Assembly (NCBI GenBank): GCA_004525545.1
Contig: SPCU01000001.1
Span: 3,468-67,467 of the forward strand
Reading direction: 5' to 3'
DNA length: 64,000 bases
From: Methanomassiliicoccus sp.
GTDB lineage: Archaea > Thermoplasmatota > Thermoplasmata > Methanomassiliicoccales > UBA472
Shown in pieces: positions 28,907 through 39,048 of the stretch. The first letter of the stretch is position 1, and the number at the start of each line of letters is the position of its first letter. Made by a program: the position numbers and the translations under genes. The notes under the pieces were generated by a model. The model saw only the letters and a program-made list of their open reading frames with translations, did no database searches and was not told where the DNA came from.

Positions 28907-29904
28907 CCTTGTCTGTCAGCGTAGGCTTGAACTGCCCTTCCTGTGGCGGTGCCATACAGATCAGCGAGGGAGATAACGTCATCAATTGCCAATATTGTGA
29001 TTCCCTGCTGTGGGTAGAGGGAGACGCTGGCGTCATCACCGTCGCTTATAAGAACCTGCAGGACAGGGACGGCGTTCTACGGGCTACGGAGCAATGGTGG
29101 CGCAAGGGGCTAAAGGCAATGGACCTGAAGAAGAAAGGCCGATTGATGGAATGCTATCCCATCTACCTGCCTTTCTGGAGCACGACCACCAGGGTCGCTG
29201 GATGGGTATGCGGATATGAGGAAAGGCACTACACAGATAAGCACGGTAACACCCACACCGAGCGCATACCTAAAGAGGAGATGGTCCTGCGCGACTATCA
29301 ATACACTAATATCGCCTGCGACCCCGGCGATCTCGGCATCAAGTACCTGAGGAACAACGCGGGAGAGGTATCATTCATTGATTTCGAGAGCATTCCGACC
29401 TTCGAAAGCACCACCAGCAAGGACGAGGCAGTGGAGCTGTCCAAACAGCGCGCGATGAGCGATGCCAGGGATGACGCCCGCGTTCCGCACGTGACATTCG
29501 AGAAAATAACGGTCATACCGAAGAGGTTGAGCATGATCTACTACCCGGTGTGGGTAGTACGATACGCCTACGGGGAAAGGATGTACATGGCAACGGTGGA
29601 CGGTGTCACTGGCAACGTGCTTTCCGGAAGGGCGCCCGGGGACCCCCTGTATCAAAGTCTGGCGGTGACCGGAGGGACCTCGATAGGCGGTTTGATAGGC
29701 GCCGCCGGTTTGGCATTTGGCATTGGTGCGGATGATCCGACCATCGCCATCGGTGGGCTTGTCATCGGAGCTGTAATCCTTGGGTTCACCTACATGTTCT
29801 TCCGGCACGGTTCGGAGATAATCGACGGTGATTTCGATGATAAGAAACTAGGCAATCCTTTGAAAGGCTTCAAGATCGCCGGTACTAAGTGGAGGTTCAA
29901 CTGA
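28903..29904 (+). CDS. Zinc-ribbon membrane protein (paralogue)
   Basis: CPSCGG..CQYC; YLPFW and YYPVW motifs; DGVTG.V.G; C-terminal TM pair; GTGA overlap. Confidence 0.8.
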   Translation: MTLSVSVGLNCPSCGGAIQISEGDNVINCQYCDSLLWVEGDAGVITVAYKNLQDRDGVLRATEQWWRKGLKAMDLKKKGRLMECYPIYLPFWSTTTRVAGWVCGYEERHYTDKHGNTHTERIPKEEMVLRDYQYTNIACDPGDLGIKYLRNNAGEVSFIDFESIPTFESTTSKDEAVELSKQRAMSDARDDARVPHVTFEKITVIPKRLSMIYYPVWVVRYAYGERMYMATVDGVTGNVLSGRAPGDPLYQSLAVTGGTSIGGLIGAAGLAFGIGADDPTIAIGGLVIGAVILGFTYMFFRHGSEIIDGDFDDKKLGNPLKGFKIAGTKWRFN

Positions 29905-30491
29905 TGAAGGTCCTGCAGATCAAATGCCCGCACTGCCAACAACCGATTTATTCCAAGGTCAGGGACCTGGCTTTCTATTGCTCCCACTGTAAGACGATGC
30001 ACATAAGGGACGGTGGGATCAACGTCATCGATTTCGATGTCGCCGAGTTCCATACGAACTCTCCCCCGGACCGCGTCTATATGCCCTTCTGGCGTCTGTT
30101 CTCCGGGTTCACGATAAACCAGTCCAATGTGGCTGGCGGCATGCTGAATAAGCTCGGCCGGTTGTTGAAAGATACGGCCAACGGCGGCAACATCTTCATC
30201 TACATACCAGCTTGGGAAACGGATGTCAATGAGTTCAAGAGGTGGGCCATGGATTTGACCGAGGCCCAGCCCGTGTACTCGCTGCGCTTGGACTTCAATA
30301 ATGTGGAGAGAGCCCCGACCGTGGTTCCCAAGGAAGAGGCGATGAAGATGGCCGATTTCGTCATCGTCACCATGGAAGCGGAGAAGCCAGGCACCCTACA
30401 GTACCTCGATTACCAGTTGCAGGTCCACGATGCCCGGTTGATATACCTGCCTTTCATAAAAGGTGCGGGCGGAGTGGTGCCTGGGTTCTGA
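29904..30491 (+). CDS. Zinc-ribbon soluble protein (paralogue)
   Basis: CPHC..CSHC; YMPFW and YLPF motifs; TGATG overlap. Confidence 0.75.
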   Translation: MKVLQIKCPHCQQPIYSKVRDLAFYCSHCKTMHIRDGGINVIDFDVAEFHTNSPPDRVYMPFWRLFSGFTINQSNVAGGMLNKLGRLLKDTANGGNIFIYIPAWETDVNEFKRWAMDLTEAQPVYSLRLDFNNVERAPTVVPKEEAMKMADFVIVTMEAEKPGTLQYLDYQLQVHDARLIYLPFIKGAGGVVPGF

Positions 30492-30672
30492 CGTAGGACG
30501 GCCTTAGCATAAAAAGTTTAAAAAACCACTATCGATCGATCATGCCTTACGACCTCGAGTCCGTCGAGATACCCCTCTGCATTCCAGAAGATATTGCAGG
30601 GGTCTTTCCCCTCTAATCCTCGAAATCATTAATTAAGGTCTTTCCAATCAGGCAGCATCATAAGGTGAACTG

Positions 30673-33549
30673 ATGTCCAGCAGGTCGAGCGAATTGGAGG
30701 AGAAATGGCAGCGAAGATGGTACTCTTCCAGAATACACGAAGCTGAGATGGATGACAGGCCGAAGTTCATGCTCATCTTCGCCTACCCCGGGGTCACCGG
30801 GTACCTGCATGTTGGGCACATGCGTGGCTACACCTATGTGGACGCCATCGCTCGCTACAAGCGGTTGGAAGGGTTCAACGTCATGTTCCCAGTAGGTACG
30901 CACGCCACAGGGAACGGTGCGATAAGCTTGGCCGCCAGGATCGCCCGCAAGGACCAGAAGACCATCGATTACCTTTGTGGGAACACCTGCCCCCTCGAAA
31001 TGCTCGACGAGCTGAAGGACCCGATAAAGGTCGTCGAGTTCTTCAACGACGTTTATGTTAACCAGTATTGGAAGCGCTTCGGTTTCCTGAGCGATTGGAG
31101 ACGATTCACCTCCACGATAAACAAGGATTACCAGATGTTCATCAGATGGCAGTTCCGCAAGTTAATGCAGAGAGGACTGCTGATCCAGAAACCGTACTTC
31201 GCACCAGCCTGCGTAAGTCATGGTCCAGTGGCCATCGACGCCTCGGAGACTGACATCCAATGCGGTGGCGGCGCCGAGACGGTAGAGTACACCCTGCTCA
31301 AGTTCAAGTGCGATGACATGTACCTGGTCGCCGCTACCTTACGGCCGGAGACCGTTTTCGGCCAGACCAACTTCTGGGTGAACCCTGAGGCCGATTACGT
31401 CAAAGTGAACGTCAACGGCGAGGTTTGGGTGGTCAGCGAGGCCGCCTTCAACAAGCTCACCTATCAGAAGGACGGTCTAGAGAGATTGGAAGAGCTGAAA
31501 GGTGTCGATCTCATCGGCAAGAAATGCGTGGCGCCGATGGTCCATAGGGATATATTGACCTTGCCAGCGGACTTTTGCGACCCCAACGTCGGAACCGGCC
31601 TGGTAACTTCAGTCCCATCCGATTCTCCGGATGATTGGATATCCCTCAGAGCTCTTCAGAAGGATGATGCGACCCTGTTGAGGTTCGGCCTCGATCCGGA
31701 CGATGTTCGGGCGATAAAGCCCATTGCCATCATAGAGATGAAAGGTTGGTCCTCCCTCCCGGCGGTGGAAGTGACGGAGAAAATGGGCATCGAGGCGCCT
31801 GGAGACCCCCGGCTTGAAGATGCCAAGAAGCTGGTGTACAAGGAAGGTTTCCATACCGGCCGGATGAACGAGACCGCAGGCCAATACGCCGGCCTTCCAG
31901 TGATGGATGCCAAAGAAAGGATGAAGCAGGTAATGCTCGCATCTGGAGAGGCTGACGTCATGTACGATCTCTCCGAGACGGTGACATGCCGCTGCGGCGA
32001 ACCGGTGGTCATCAAGAGGGTCGATGACCAATGGTTCATCGATTATGCCAACCTCGAGGTCACCGAAGCGGCCAAGGAACAGGCCCGGTCCATGGACATC
32101 TTTCCGGCTGAATATCACACCAACATCCATGCCGTGCTCGAATGGTTCCGGGAACGCGCTTGTGTTCGGCAGGGCAATTGGATAGGGACCCGTTTCCCAT
32201 TCGATGAGAAGTGGATCATAGAGGCCATCTCAGATTCCACGCTCTACCCTCTTTACTATGCCATATCGAAGTTCGCCAACGACGGACGGTTAAAGGCCGA
32301 GCAGATGACCGAGGAGTTCTTCGATCTGGTGGTTCTCGATAAAGGTTCGTTCGAGAAGGTCAGTGAAGTAACTGGCGTGTCTGTGGAATTGCTGCATCAG
32401 ATCCATGACGAGGTGCATTACTGGTATCCGCTGGACATGAACCTCGGTGGCAAGGAGCACATGACCGTGCACTTCCCGGCCTTTCTGATGAACCACGTAG
32501 CCATACTGCCGCCGGAGATGCTCCCAAAGGGGATCTTCGTCAACTGGTACATCGTCGGAAAAGGGGGCAAGATATCAAAGTCGAAAGGTGGTGCCCAACC
32601 GATCCCAGGGGCTGCGGAGAAATATGGGGTCGATGCTCTGCGCCTCTATTACGCCCATATTGCCTCACCCTTCGCCGACGTCGAGTGGGATAACGAGGCG
32701 GTGGAAAGCTATACCGCCCGCACCGAAAAGATGGAACGGACCTTATTGGACCTAATGACCTTGAACGGCATGCCCAATGAGGTGGACGGTTGGCTCATAT
32801 CCCGAATGGCCAGCCGAGTACTTCGAGTTCGTGATCAGATGAAGGGTTACGACCTGCGCTCCTTGGCCACCGAGATATATTTCGAAGCGTTCAACGATCT
32901 CCGGTGGTATCAAAGAAGAGGGGGCTCAAACGCCGTGACGGTCGCACGGGCTATGGACATGCTGCTTCCATTGATGATGCCCATTACACCCCATACCGCC
33001 GAGGAACTGTGGGAATCTTCCGGCCGGAATGGAATGGTCTCATCGGCCGCGTTCCCCCAGGTGAAGGAAAACGATGTCGATCTGGCCAAAGAAAGGGCTG
33101 AGGAATATCTCAAGGCCATGATGAACGACGCCAATGAGATCCTTAAGGTCACCGGCATCAAACCCAGCAGGATAATGTTGTATACATCAGCTACTTGGAA
33201 ATACAGGGTGATGAAAATGGCCCTGGATCTGTCGGCAAAGAACGAACTGCAGATACCCACTCTGACCAAGGCGGCCATGACCGATCAGGAGGTGCGCGGT
33301 CACGGCAAGGGAGCCTCGGACTACGCCCGAAAATTGGCCGAGGAGTTCATGAAACGCTCCGCATCGGAGTTAGAACGGATAGGACAGAGCTTTGACGAGC
33401 ACGCCTTCCTATCCGGCTGTCTCGATTTCCTGAGCGAGGAATACAATTGCCACGTAGAAGTGCATGTGGCCGGAGAACCTGGTACACCAGACCCACAAGG
33501 GAAATCTCGCCAGGCCGTACCTGGACGCCCGGCTATCCTGGTGGAATGA
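30673..33549 (+). CDS. leuS: Leucine--tRNA ligase
   Basis: AYPGVTGYLHVGH, ATLRPET, KISKSKG. Confidence 0.95.
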   Translation: MSSRSSELEEKWQRRWYSSRIHEAEMDDRPKFMLIFAYPGVTGYLHVGHMRGYTYVDAIARYKRLEGFNVMFPVGTHATGNGAISLAARIARKDQKTIDYLCGNTCPLEMLDELKDPIKVVEFFNDVYVNQYWKRFGFLSDWRRFTSTINKDYQMFIRWQFRKLMQRGLLIQKPYFAPACVSHGPVAIDASETDIQCGGGAETVEYTLLKFKCDDMYLVAATLRPETVFGQTNFWVNPEADYVKVNVNGEVWVVSEAAFNKLTYQKDGLERLEELKGVDLIGKKCVAPMVHRDILTLPADFCDPNVGTGLVTSVPSDSPDDWISLRALQKDDATLLRFGLDPDDVRAIKPIAIIEMKGWSSLPAVEVTEKMGIEAPGDPRLEDAKKLVYKEGFHTGRMNETAGQYAGLPVMDAKERMKQVMLASGEADVMYDLSETVTCRCGEPVVIKRVDDQWFIDYANLEVTEAAKEQARSMDIFPAEYHTNIHAVLEWFRERACVRQGNWIGTRFPFDEKWIIEAISDSTLYPLYYAISKFANDGRLKAEQMTEEFFDLVVLDKGSFEKVSEVTGVSVELLHQIHDEVHYWYPLDMNLGGKEHMTVHFPAFLMNHVAILPPEMLPKGIFVNWYIVGKGGKISKSKGGAQPIPGAAEKYGVDALRLYYAHIASPFADVEWDNEAVESYTARTEKMERTLLDLMTLNGMPNEVDGWLISRMASRVLRVRDQMKGYDLRSLATEIYFEAFNDLRWYQRRGGSNAVTVARAMDMLLPLMMPITPHTAEELWESSGRNGMVSSAAFPQVKENDVDLAKERAEEYLKAMMNDANEILKVTGIKPSRIMLYTSATWKYRVMKMALDLSAKNELQIPTLTKAAMTDQEVRGHGKGASDYARKLAEEFMKRSASELERIGQSFDEHAFLSGCLDFLSEEYNCHVEVHVAGEPGTPDPQGKSRQAVPGRPAILVE

Positions 33550-33551
33550 GC

Positions 33552-34097
33552 TTAATCGCCCCAACGGCGGAAGAGCTCGTGCGGCTGGTCCAACTGGTCC
33601 AATATCTTACCGACCAGAAAGTCCACCAGCTCCTTAACGCTCTGCGGTTTGGGATAGAAACCCGGACTTGCAGGTAGGATGCACGCTCCATCCTCGGTCA
33701 ACCTTAATGAGTTGCGTAACATGATCGCGCTCAATGGTGTCTCCCGAGGGACGATGATCAATTTTCTCCTTTCCTTCAAACACACGGCCGCGGCTCTGGT
33801 CACAAGATTGTCGGCAATGCCCTGGGACACTTTGGCCAAGGTGGATTCGGAACATGGGCAGATCACCATGGCCTGGAAACGATAGCTTCCTGAGGCCACA
33901 GGGGCGAAGAGTTCGTCCTCGTGGTATACGGCGTCGGCCAGGGACTCAACGTCAGAGACCGAATAGGAGGTCTCCGCTTCGAGGATCCTCTTGGCCGTCT
34001 CTGTTATTATGAGCGCCTTCTCTCCCTCAAGCTCCTCTAAAAGCCTAATACCATAGATGATGCCGGAGGCTCCGGTTATCGCGACGACGGTCTTCAC
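33552..34097 (-). CDS. ubiX: UbiX flavin prenyltransferase
   Basis: VAITGASG, ASGS, PCS, LKERR, RETP, PASPGFY; start GTG 34097 or ATG 34121. Confidence 0.92.
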   Translation of the reverse strand: MKTVVAITGASGIIYGIRLLEELEGEKALIITETAKRILEAETSYSVSDVESLADAVYHEDELFAPVASGSYRFQAMVICPCSESTLAKVSQGIADNLVTRAAAVCLKERRKLIIVPRETPLSAIMLRNSLRLTEDGACILPASPGFYPKPQSVKELVDFLVGKILDQLDQPHELFRRWGD

Positions 34098-34343
34098 GTT
34101 TCCAATTAAGGATTGACGCATATTTCAAATCATTCGCTGACATCATTTTATATCCGCGCTGCGATTTCTCTCCCACATCATTAATTTCATTACGGGGAAA
34201 AATTGCTGAGCTACCGGTCCTTTCTGGATAATGGTACCAGGTGGGGCGCTGCTGGACAAAACTCTTTTATATAGGTACCATATTAGTGGCCGAACATACC
34301 CTTTGGTCTAGTCTATATCTAAAATTCATTGAGGTTGGTTAAT

Positions 34344-34766
34344 ATGGTTACGGTCTATGATGTGCCCTCCGAAAAGTTGATTGAAAATGTGGCCCGGAAG
34401 TTGAAAGACTCTGGGGCAGTGAACCCTCCCGAATGGGCAGAGTTCGCTAAGACTGGCGTACATACGGAGAAGGCGCCAATGCAACCCGACTGGTGGTATA
34501 CCAGGGCTGCTTCCGTCCTTAGGAAGGTCTATGTGAAGGGGCCCATCGGCACCTCCAAGCTTGCTGCTGAATACGGTGGATCCGTCGACCGTGGCTCCAG
34601 GCCTAACAGGGCCGTCAAGGGAAGCCGCTCGGTCATCAGGAAGTCCCTGATGCAACTGGAATCCTCCGGATTGGTGGCAAAGAACAAGAACAACGGACGC
34701 GTGGTCACGCCTAAGGGACAAGCCCTGCTTGACAATGCGGCCAAGGAAGTCATCGACTCCAACTGA
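34344..34766 (+). CDS. rps19e: 30S ribosomal protein S19e
   Basis: PEWAEFAKTG..P.QPDWWYTRAAS. Confidence 0.95.
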   Translation: MVTVYDVPSEKLIENVARKLKDSGAVNPPEWAEFAKTGVHTEKAPMQPDWWYTRAASVLRKVYVKGPIGTSKLAAEYGGSVDRGSRPNRAVKGSRSVIRKSLMQLESSGLVAKNKNNGRVVTPKGQALLDNAAKEVIDSN

Positions 34767-34781
34767 ACGAGGTGACACACC

Positions 34782-35111
34782 GTGGAAGATGCTGAACTCT
34801 CTGACCTGCGCCGACGTAAGATGGCTCAACTGCAACAGCAGGGCGAGAATCAAGCCGCGATGGACCAGCAAGCCCAGGCAATGGAGGCACAGAGGCAAGC
34901 CATCCTTCGCCAGCTGTTGACACCCGAGGCCAGGGACCGCCTGGCCAACGTCCGGATGGCCTATCCGGACATCGCCCGCTCCGTCGAGGAGCAGCTCATT
35001 AGGCTGGCTCAGGCCGGCCAAATAAATTCACAGATAGACGAGCCCACCCTGAAGCAAATACTCAGGAAGGTATCCCCTCAGAAGAGGGAAATTAGCATTG
35101 AGAGGTTATAA
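34782..35111 (+). CDS. PDCD5/TFAR19 DNA-binding protein
   Basis: [19 protein letters not shown]. Confidence 0.9.
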   Translation: MEDAELSDLRRRKMAQLQQQGENQAAMDQQAQAMEAQRQAILRQLLTPEARDRLANVRMAYPDIARSVEEQLIRLAQAGQINSQIDEPTLKQILRKVSPQKREISIERL

Positions 35112-35112
35112 T

Positions 35113-35268
35113 ATGGCACGCAACAAGCACGCCGCCATGAAGGCAAGATTGATGAAGAAGATCAAGCAGAACCGCCGTGTACCGGCATGGGTCATGATGA
35201 GGACCAGCCGTACCTTCCTGCGCCACCCGATGAGAAGGAACTGGCGCCACAGCAAGCTTAAGGAGTGA
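35113..35268 (+). CDS. rpl39e: 50S ribosomal protein L39e (51 aa; below the ORF-track cutoff)
   Basis: Manual translation [33 protein letters not shown]; operon position. Confidence 0.93.
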   Translation: MARNKHAAMKARLMKKIKQNRRVPAWVMMRTSRTFLRHPMRRNWRHSKLKE

Positions 35269-35273
35269 TGGAA

Positions 35274-35540
35274 ATGGCAGAGGAGAAAGAGTCCGTCTAC
35301 AACATACCGTTGATAAAGACCAAGATGGTCCCTACCACCGGCCGGTCCAATCGGGCTGTGAAAGAGATCAGGGCGTACGTCGCCCGACATATGAAGGCCG
35401 ATGAAAAGGATATTTGGATCGACCCCAAGGTCAATGAGACCATATGGGCCCATGGAAGGACCGCCCCCCCAAGCAAAATGCGTGTGAAGGCGGTACGTTT
35501 CGAGGATGGCCTGGTCGAGGTCTCCCTTCCGTCCGAGTGA
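35274..35540 (+). CDS. rpl31e: 50S ribosomal protein L31e
   Basis: YNIPL, RAVKEIR..RHMK, IDPKVNETIWAHG..PP.KMRV. Confidence 0.93.
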   Translation: MAEEKESVYNIPLIKTKMVPTTGRSNRAVKEIRAYVARHMKADEKDIWIDPKVNETIWAHGRTAPPSKMRVKAVRFEDGLVEVSLPSE

Positions 35541-35550
35541 GAACTGAAAC

Positions 35551-36210
35551 ATGTTGCGGGTCTCTGACTATAATGGCGTAGAGTTCGTGGGCGTTTACAC
35601 CGTGGCCAATGAGACCATGGCCCTTTTGCCCATGGACTCGGATGATCGTTACATAGAGGACATCTCCACGGCATTGGCCGTGAAGTGCTCTCAAGGGACC
35701 ATAGCTAGTACCAATTTGATCGGCGCCCTTGTGGCCATGAACTCTTACGGAGCAGCGGTCACGAACTTCACCACAGATGAGGAGATCAAAGCCTTTTCCG
35801 ATCTGAACGTTGTCAGGCTGGAGGATCGCCTCAATGCCTGCGGCAATAACATCCTGGTCAACGACAACGGCTGCCTGATCAACCCAGAAATGAGCGATAA
35901 GACAGTTCGGGAGCTTGAAAGGATCTTCAACGTGGAGGTCTTCCGAGGCACCGTGGCCGAACAGAACACGGTAGGCTCGGTCTGCAAGGTCACCAATAAA
36001 GGATTGATATGCCATCCCGCATCCAGCGAGGATGATCTTTCAATGCTGAAACGCATATTCAAGTTGAACCCGAAGATAACCACCTTGAACTATGGTGCTC
36101 CTTACGTCGGAGCGAGCATCGTGGCCAACAGCAAGGGTGGAGTTGTAGGTTCCCGCAGCACCCCTATCGAACAGGGGCGAGTGGAAGAAGCGTTGGACAT
36201 CATATCGTGA
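35551..36210 (+). CDS. eif6: Translation initiation factor aIF-6
   Basis: GNNILVND, VGS..TNKG..HP, TLNYG..VG..ANSKG. Confidence 0.93.
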   Translation: MLRVSDYNGVEFVGVYTVANETMALLPMDSDDRYIEDISTALAVKCSQGTIASTNLIGALVAMNSYGAAVTNFTTDEEIKAFSDLNVVRLEDRLNACGNNILVNDNGCLINPEMSDKTVRELERIFNVEVFRGTVAEQNTVGSVCKVTNKGLICHPASSEDDLSMLKRIFKLNPKITTLNYGAPYVGASIVANSKGGVVGSRSTPIEQGRVEEALDIIS

Positions 36211-36212
36211 TC

Positions 36213-36848
36213 TTACTGGGAAAACACCCAGTATTCAGTATTTTCGGGCAGTTCGTCGCGTTCGAAATCCACTTCGTTTCCGACACGTACGACCTTTTCT
36301 TCAGGAATTCCACGCAGGAACTCATCCACCGTTTGTATTGACAAAGATAGCCCACCGACACGAAAGTGCATGGGTATGGCGACCTTCGGTTTCACGGAAA
36401 GTACCAGTTCTCGCGCTTGTTGACCATCGATGGTGAAAGTTCCCCCGACCGGTATGAATAGAACATCGACCGGTCCGATCTCCTCGATCTGGTGCTCGGT
36501 CAGCGGATGTCCGAGGTCTCCAAGATGACAGAACCGTACCCCACCAATAGTGAATTGGAAAAGAATGACCCGGCCGCGCTTCTCCCCCTGCACATCATCG
36601 TGGAAGGCGTTGATCCCGCGTATATCAACACCTTTGATCTGCCGCGGTGTCTTATCCTTGACGAGAACGTAATCCCCCCTTACGACCCGGATGGCGTTGT
36701 GATCGAAATGATCGTGACTTATGAGGACGATGTCCGCTCGCAATGAGGGTGGCTTGACGCCGATGGAACGACCGTCATGCGGATCGACCACTACAGTAGC
36801 TGAATTTGCGACCTCGAAGCATGAGTGCATGTGCCAGATGAGCCTCAC
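36213..36848 (-). CDS. MBL-fold metallo-hydrolase
   Basis: SHDHFDH, HLGDLGH, IPMHF; start GTG ~36848. Confidence 0.85.
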   Translation of the reverse strand: MRLIWHMHSCFEVANSATVVVDPHDGRSIGVKPPSLRADIVLISHDHFDHNAIRVVRGDYVLVKDKTPRQIKGVDIRGINAFHDDVQGEKRGRVILFQFTIGGVRFCHLGDLGHPLTEHQIEEIGPVDVLFIPVGGTFTIDGQQARELVLSVKPKVAIPMHFRVGGLSLSIQTVDEFLRGIPEEKVVRVGNEVDFERDELPENTEYWVFSQ

Positions 36849-36858
36849 GTGAACGCAC

Positions 36859-37746
36859 CTAATCCTCAGGGAAGAACCTTGCACCACAAGAGGGACAGTT
36901 TTTCCTGCTCTTCTCCACAGACTCATGGCATTTTGGACAAATAAAGACCTCGCCCGAAACTTTCCTTTTCAGCGATGGATATATCATTATCGCTCCAAAG
37001 ATTATCAGGACCGATGATCCGGCGCCTATGCTTAGACCCCCCAATTTGTCAACGGACCCGAACGCGGATAATGTCAAAGCAACAAGATATAGCACAGCTC
37101 CGATGACGAGCACGATCAAGGCCTTCTGAGCATCGATATGAAATCGTAACTCATTAGAACGTATCTCGGTAGGCTTCTCCGGCAAGGACCTTGGGGGTAT
37201 CGCCGCCTTATTAGTTTTGGTCTTCCCAGTAACTACTGGAGGAGGCGAACTTCTCTTTGGTGTCACACTTTCATTTACCGCCACCTTTTGTTCGGTAGGG
37301 ATGCGCTTTTCCTCCACCGGAACGACCGTGGTCTTTACAGCTTCGATTACCGGTTCGGCCTCAGGTATCGGCTTCTCCACGATCTCTTGTGGCTCAGGGG
37401 CCTTTATCACAACTGGTGCCAGCACCTCCTCCACCTTGAGTTCGGGAGTTGGGTCGGGTTCGCTCAATTCCTCGACAATCTCCTCCAGACCTTCGATCTC
37501 TGCCACATCGACCAATTTGATCGATGGGGTTTCCTTACGTATGATGGTCGATTCGATGCGTCGGGAGGTCTTGTCATCCATTGTCTTGTGTTCTCCCAAT
37601 CGGGTGAGAGATTCAAGATCTTTGACGTGGGATTGCCAATCGTTACTGAGAGTTAAGGATTGCCCGCAGAAATCACACTGCTTGGTAGTTGGCTTATTAC
37701 GTAACCCACATTTAGTGCATTCCTGAAAACTAGGTTTCCTCTCCAT
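36859..37746 (-). CDS. Membrane protein with zinc ribbons at both termini
   Basis: CTKC..CDFC, Pro/Glu-rich linker, two TM helices, CPKC..CPSCG. Confidence 0.72.
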   Translation of the reverse strand: MERKPSFQECTKCGLRNKPTTKQCDFCGQSLTLSNDWQSHVKDLESLTRLGEHKTMDDKTSRRIESTIIRKETPSIKLVDVAEIEGLEEIVEELSEPDPTPELKVEEVLAPVVIKAPEPQEIVEKPIPEAEPVIEAVKTTVVPVEEKRIPTEQKVAVNESVTPKRSSPPPVVTGKTKTNKAAIPPRSLPEKPTEIRSNELRFHIDAQKALIVLVIGAVLYLVALTLSAFGSVDKLGGLSIGAGSSVLIIFGAIMIYPSLKRKVSGEVFICPKCHESVEKSRKNCPSCGARFFPED

Positions 37747-37888
37747 CTCAGAGACGGATACCTCTGTTCCTCATTATATTCTTTTTTACCTGGATATAAG
37801 AAAATAATAAAACGATGACCAATGCGACCCTCGTTTTCAATTGTTCTATCGCAATTTTAATATAGAAGAATGCTGGATTGATAGTTAG

Positions 37889-39046
37889 ATGAAGGTACTG
37901 ATCCTCAGCGTCGACCGAGACGACGATTTTGGCAAGAAAGCTGGGCTGAACAGCCCCTTCATTGGTCGAGAGGAGAACCTCAATGCCGTTATGGCATTAG
38001 GTCTCAAGGACGCCGAGGATAGTGATGTCAACACGGTCCTGGCCGCTTTAGGCATGTACGATGAGATGCTGAAGAAGGGCGAGGATGTGGAGATCGCTAC
38101 TATTTGCGGCGACGTGAAGGTCGGTTACGAATCGGACCTGGTCCTCACCACGCAATTGGAGAACGTCTTAGAGGTCGTCAAACCGGACCGTGTCGTTCTG
38201 GTCAGCGATGGGGCGGAGGATGAATTCATCTACCCCATGGTGTTCTCGAGGGTCAAGGTCGATTCCGTTCGTCGTGTCTGGGTCAAACAGGCCCCGACCG
38301 TGGAAGGGACCTACTACATCATCATGAAGATGCTGCAGGACGATAAGATGAGGAAGCGGGTTTTCACCCCGCTGGGATTGGTCCTAACAGTTCTTGGTTT
38401 TTTCAACCTTGTGCCCCAGTTCATCGAACTAATGCAGCAGAACGCCAATATTCAGATAGTAGCGAGCATGGCATGGGGCATGATCAGCCTTGTGCTTGGA
38501 ATATACCTGATATTTTTTGCTTATAAGCTGGCGGAACGGATCGATAATTCTTTCAGGCACTTTGTTGAAGGGGTCAAGAACGGGAGTCAGATGATCCCAT
38601 TCGCCATTCTGGCAGCCATCCTGTTCCTGGCAGGCATATTTTTTGCCTGGGATTCGCTAACGAGGGATACCGAGTCGAGCGCTTTATCCCTCTTATTAAA
38701 AACATCAAGCATCCTTCTCTGGATGTGGGTGTTCGCCTTCTTCTCCTACCAGACCGGTAAGTTCATCAACCATTACCTCTCGTTCGGTAAGATATACAGC
38801 ACCAGTCTGATAGTCAGTATCAGCCTGTTCGCTATCGCGTTCATTCTTCAAGCATCATTTGACATGGCGACCCTTATCTTCGGATACCCTAACTACGGGG
38901 AATACGTCATATTTCTGGAAGTGATGGTCGGATTCCTATTGGGAGGTTTCAGCGGCCTCATTAACTTGAACCTCAAAGGATACGCGCGCAAGCTTTCATC
39001 AGAGGTTGAGGGGGAGATCGAGCCTCAACAATATCCTGAGGCATAA
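37889..39046 (+). CDS. DUF373 family membrane protein
   Basis: VDRDDDFG.K, EDSDVN, VSDGAEDE, VKQ. Confidence 0.88.
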   Translation: MKVLILSVDRDDDFGKKAGLNSPFIGREENLNAVMALGLKDAEDSDVNTVLAALGMYDEMLKKGEDVEIATICGDVKVGYESDLVLTTQLENVLEVVKPDRVVLVSDGAEDEFIYPMVFSRVKVDSVRRVWVKQAPTVEGTYYIIMKMLQDDKMRKRVFTPLGLVLTVLGFFNLVPQFIELMQQNANIQIVASMAWGMISLVLGIYLIFFAYKLAERIDNSFRHFVEGVKNGSQMIPFAILAAILFLAGIFFAWDSLTRDTESSALSLLLKTSSILLWMWVFAFFSYQTGKFINHYLSFGKIYSTSLIVSISLFAIAFILQASFDMATLIFGYPNYGEYVIFLEVMVGFLLGGFSGLINLNLKGYARKLSSEVEGEIEPQQYPEA

Positions 39047-39048
39047 GA

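Noticed and set aside
34122..34343. Possible box C/D sRNA between ubiX and rps19e
   Set aside because: No properly spaced C and D box pair found on either strand
36848..36861. Amber read-through from the zinc-ribbon protein into the MBL hydrolase
   Set aside because: The two genes are not in frame
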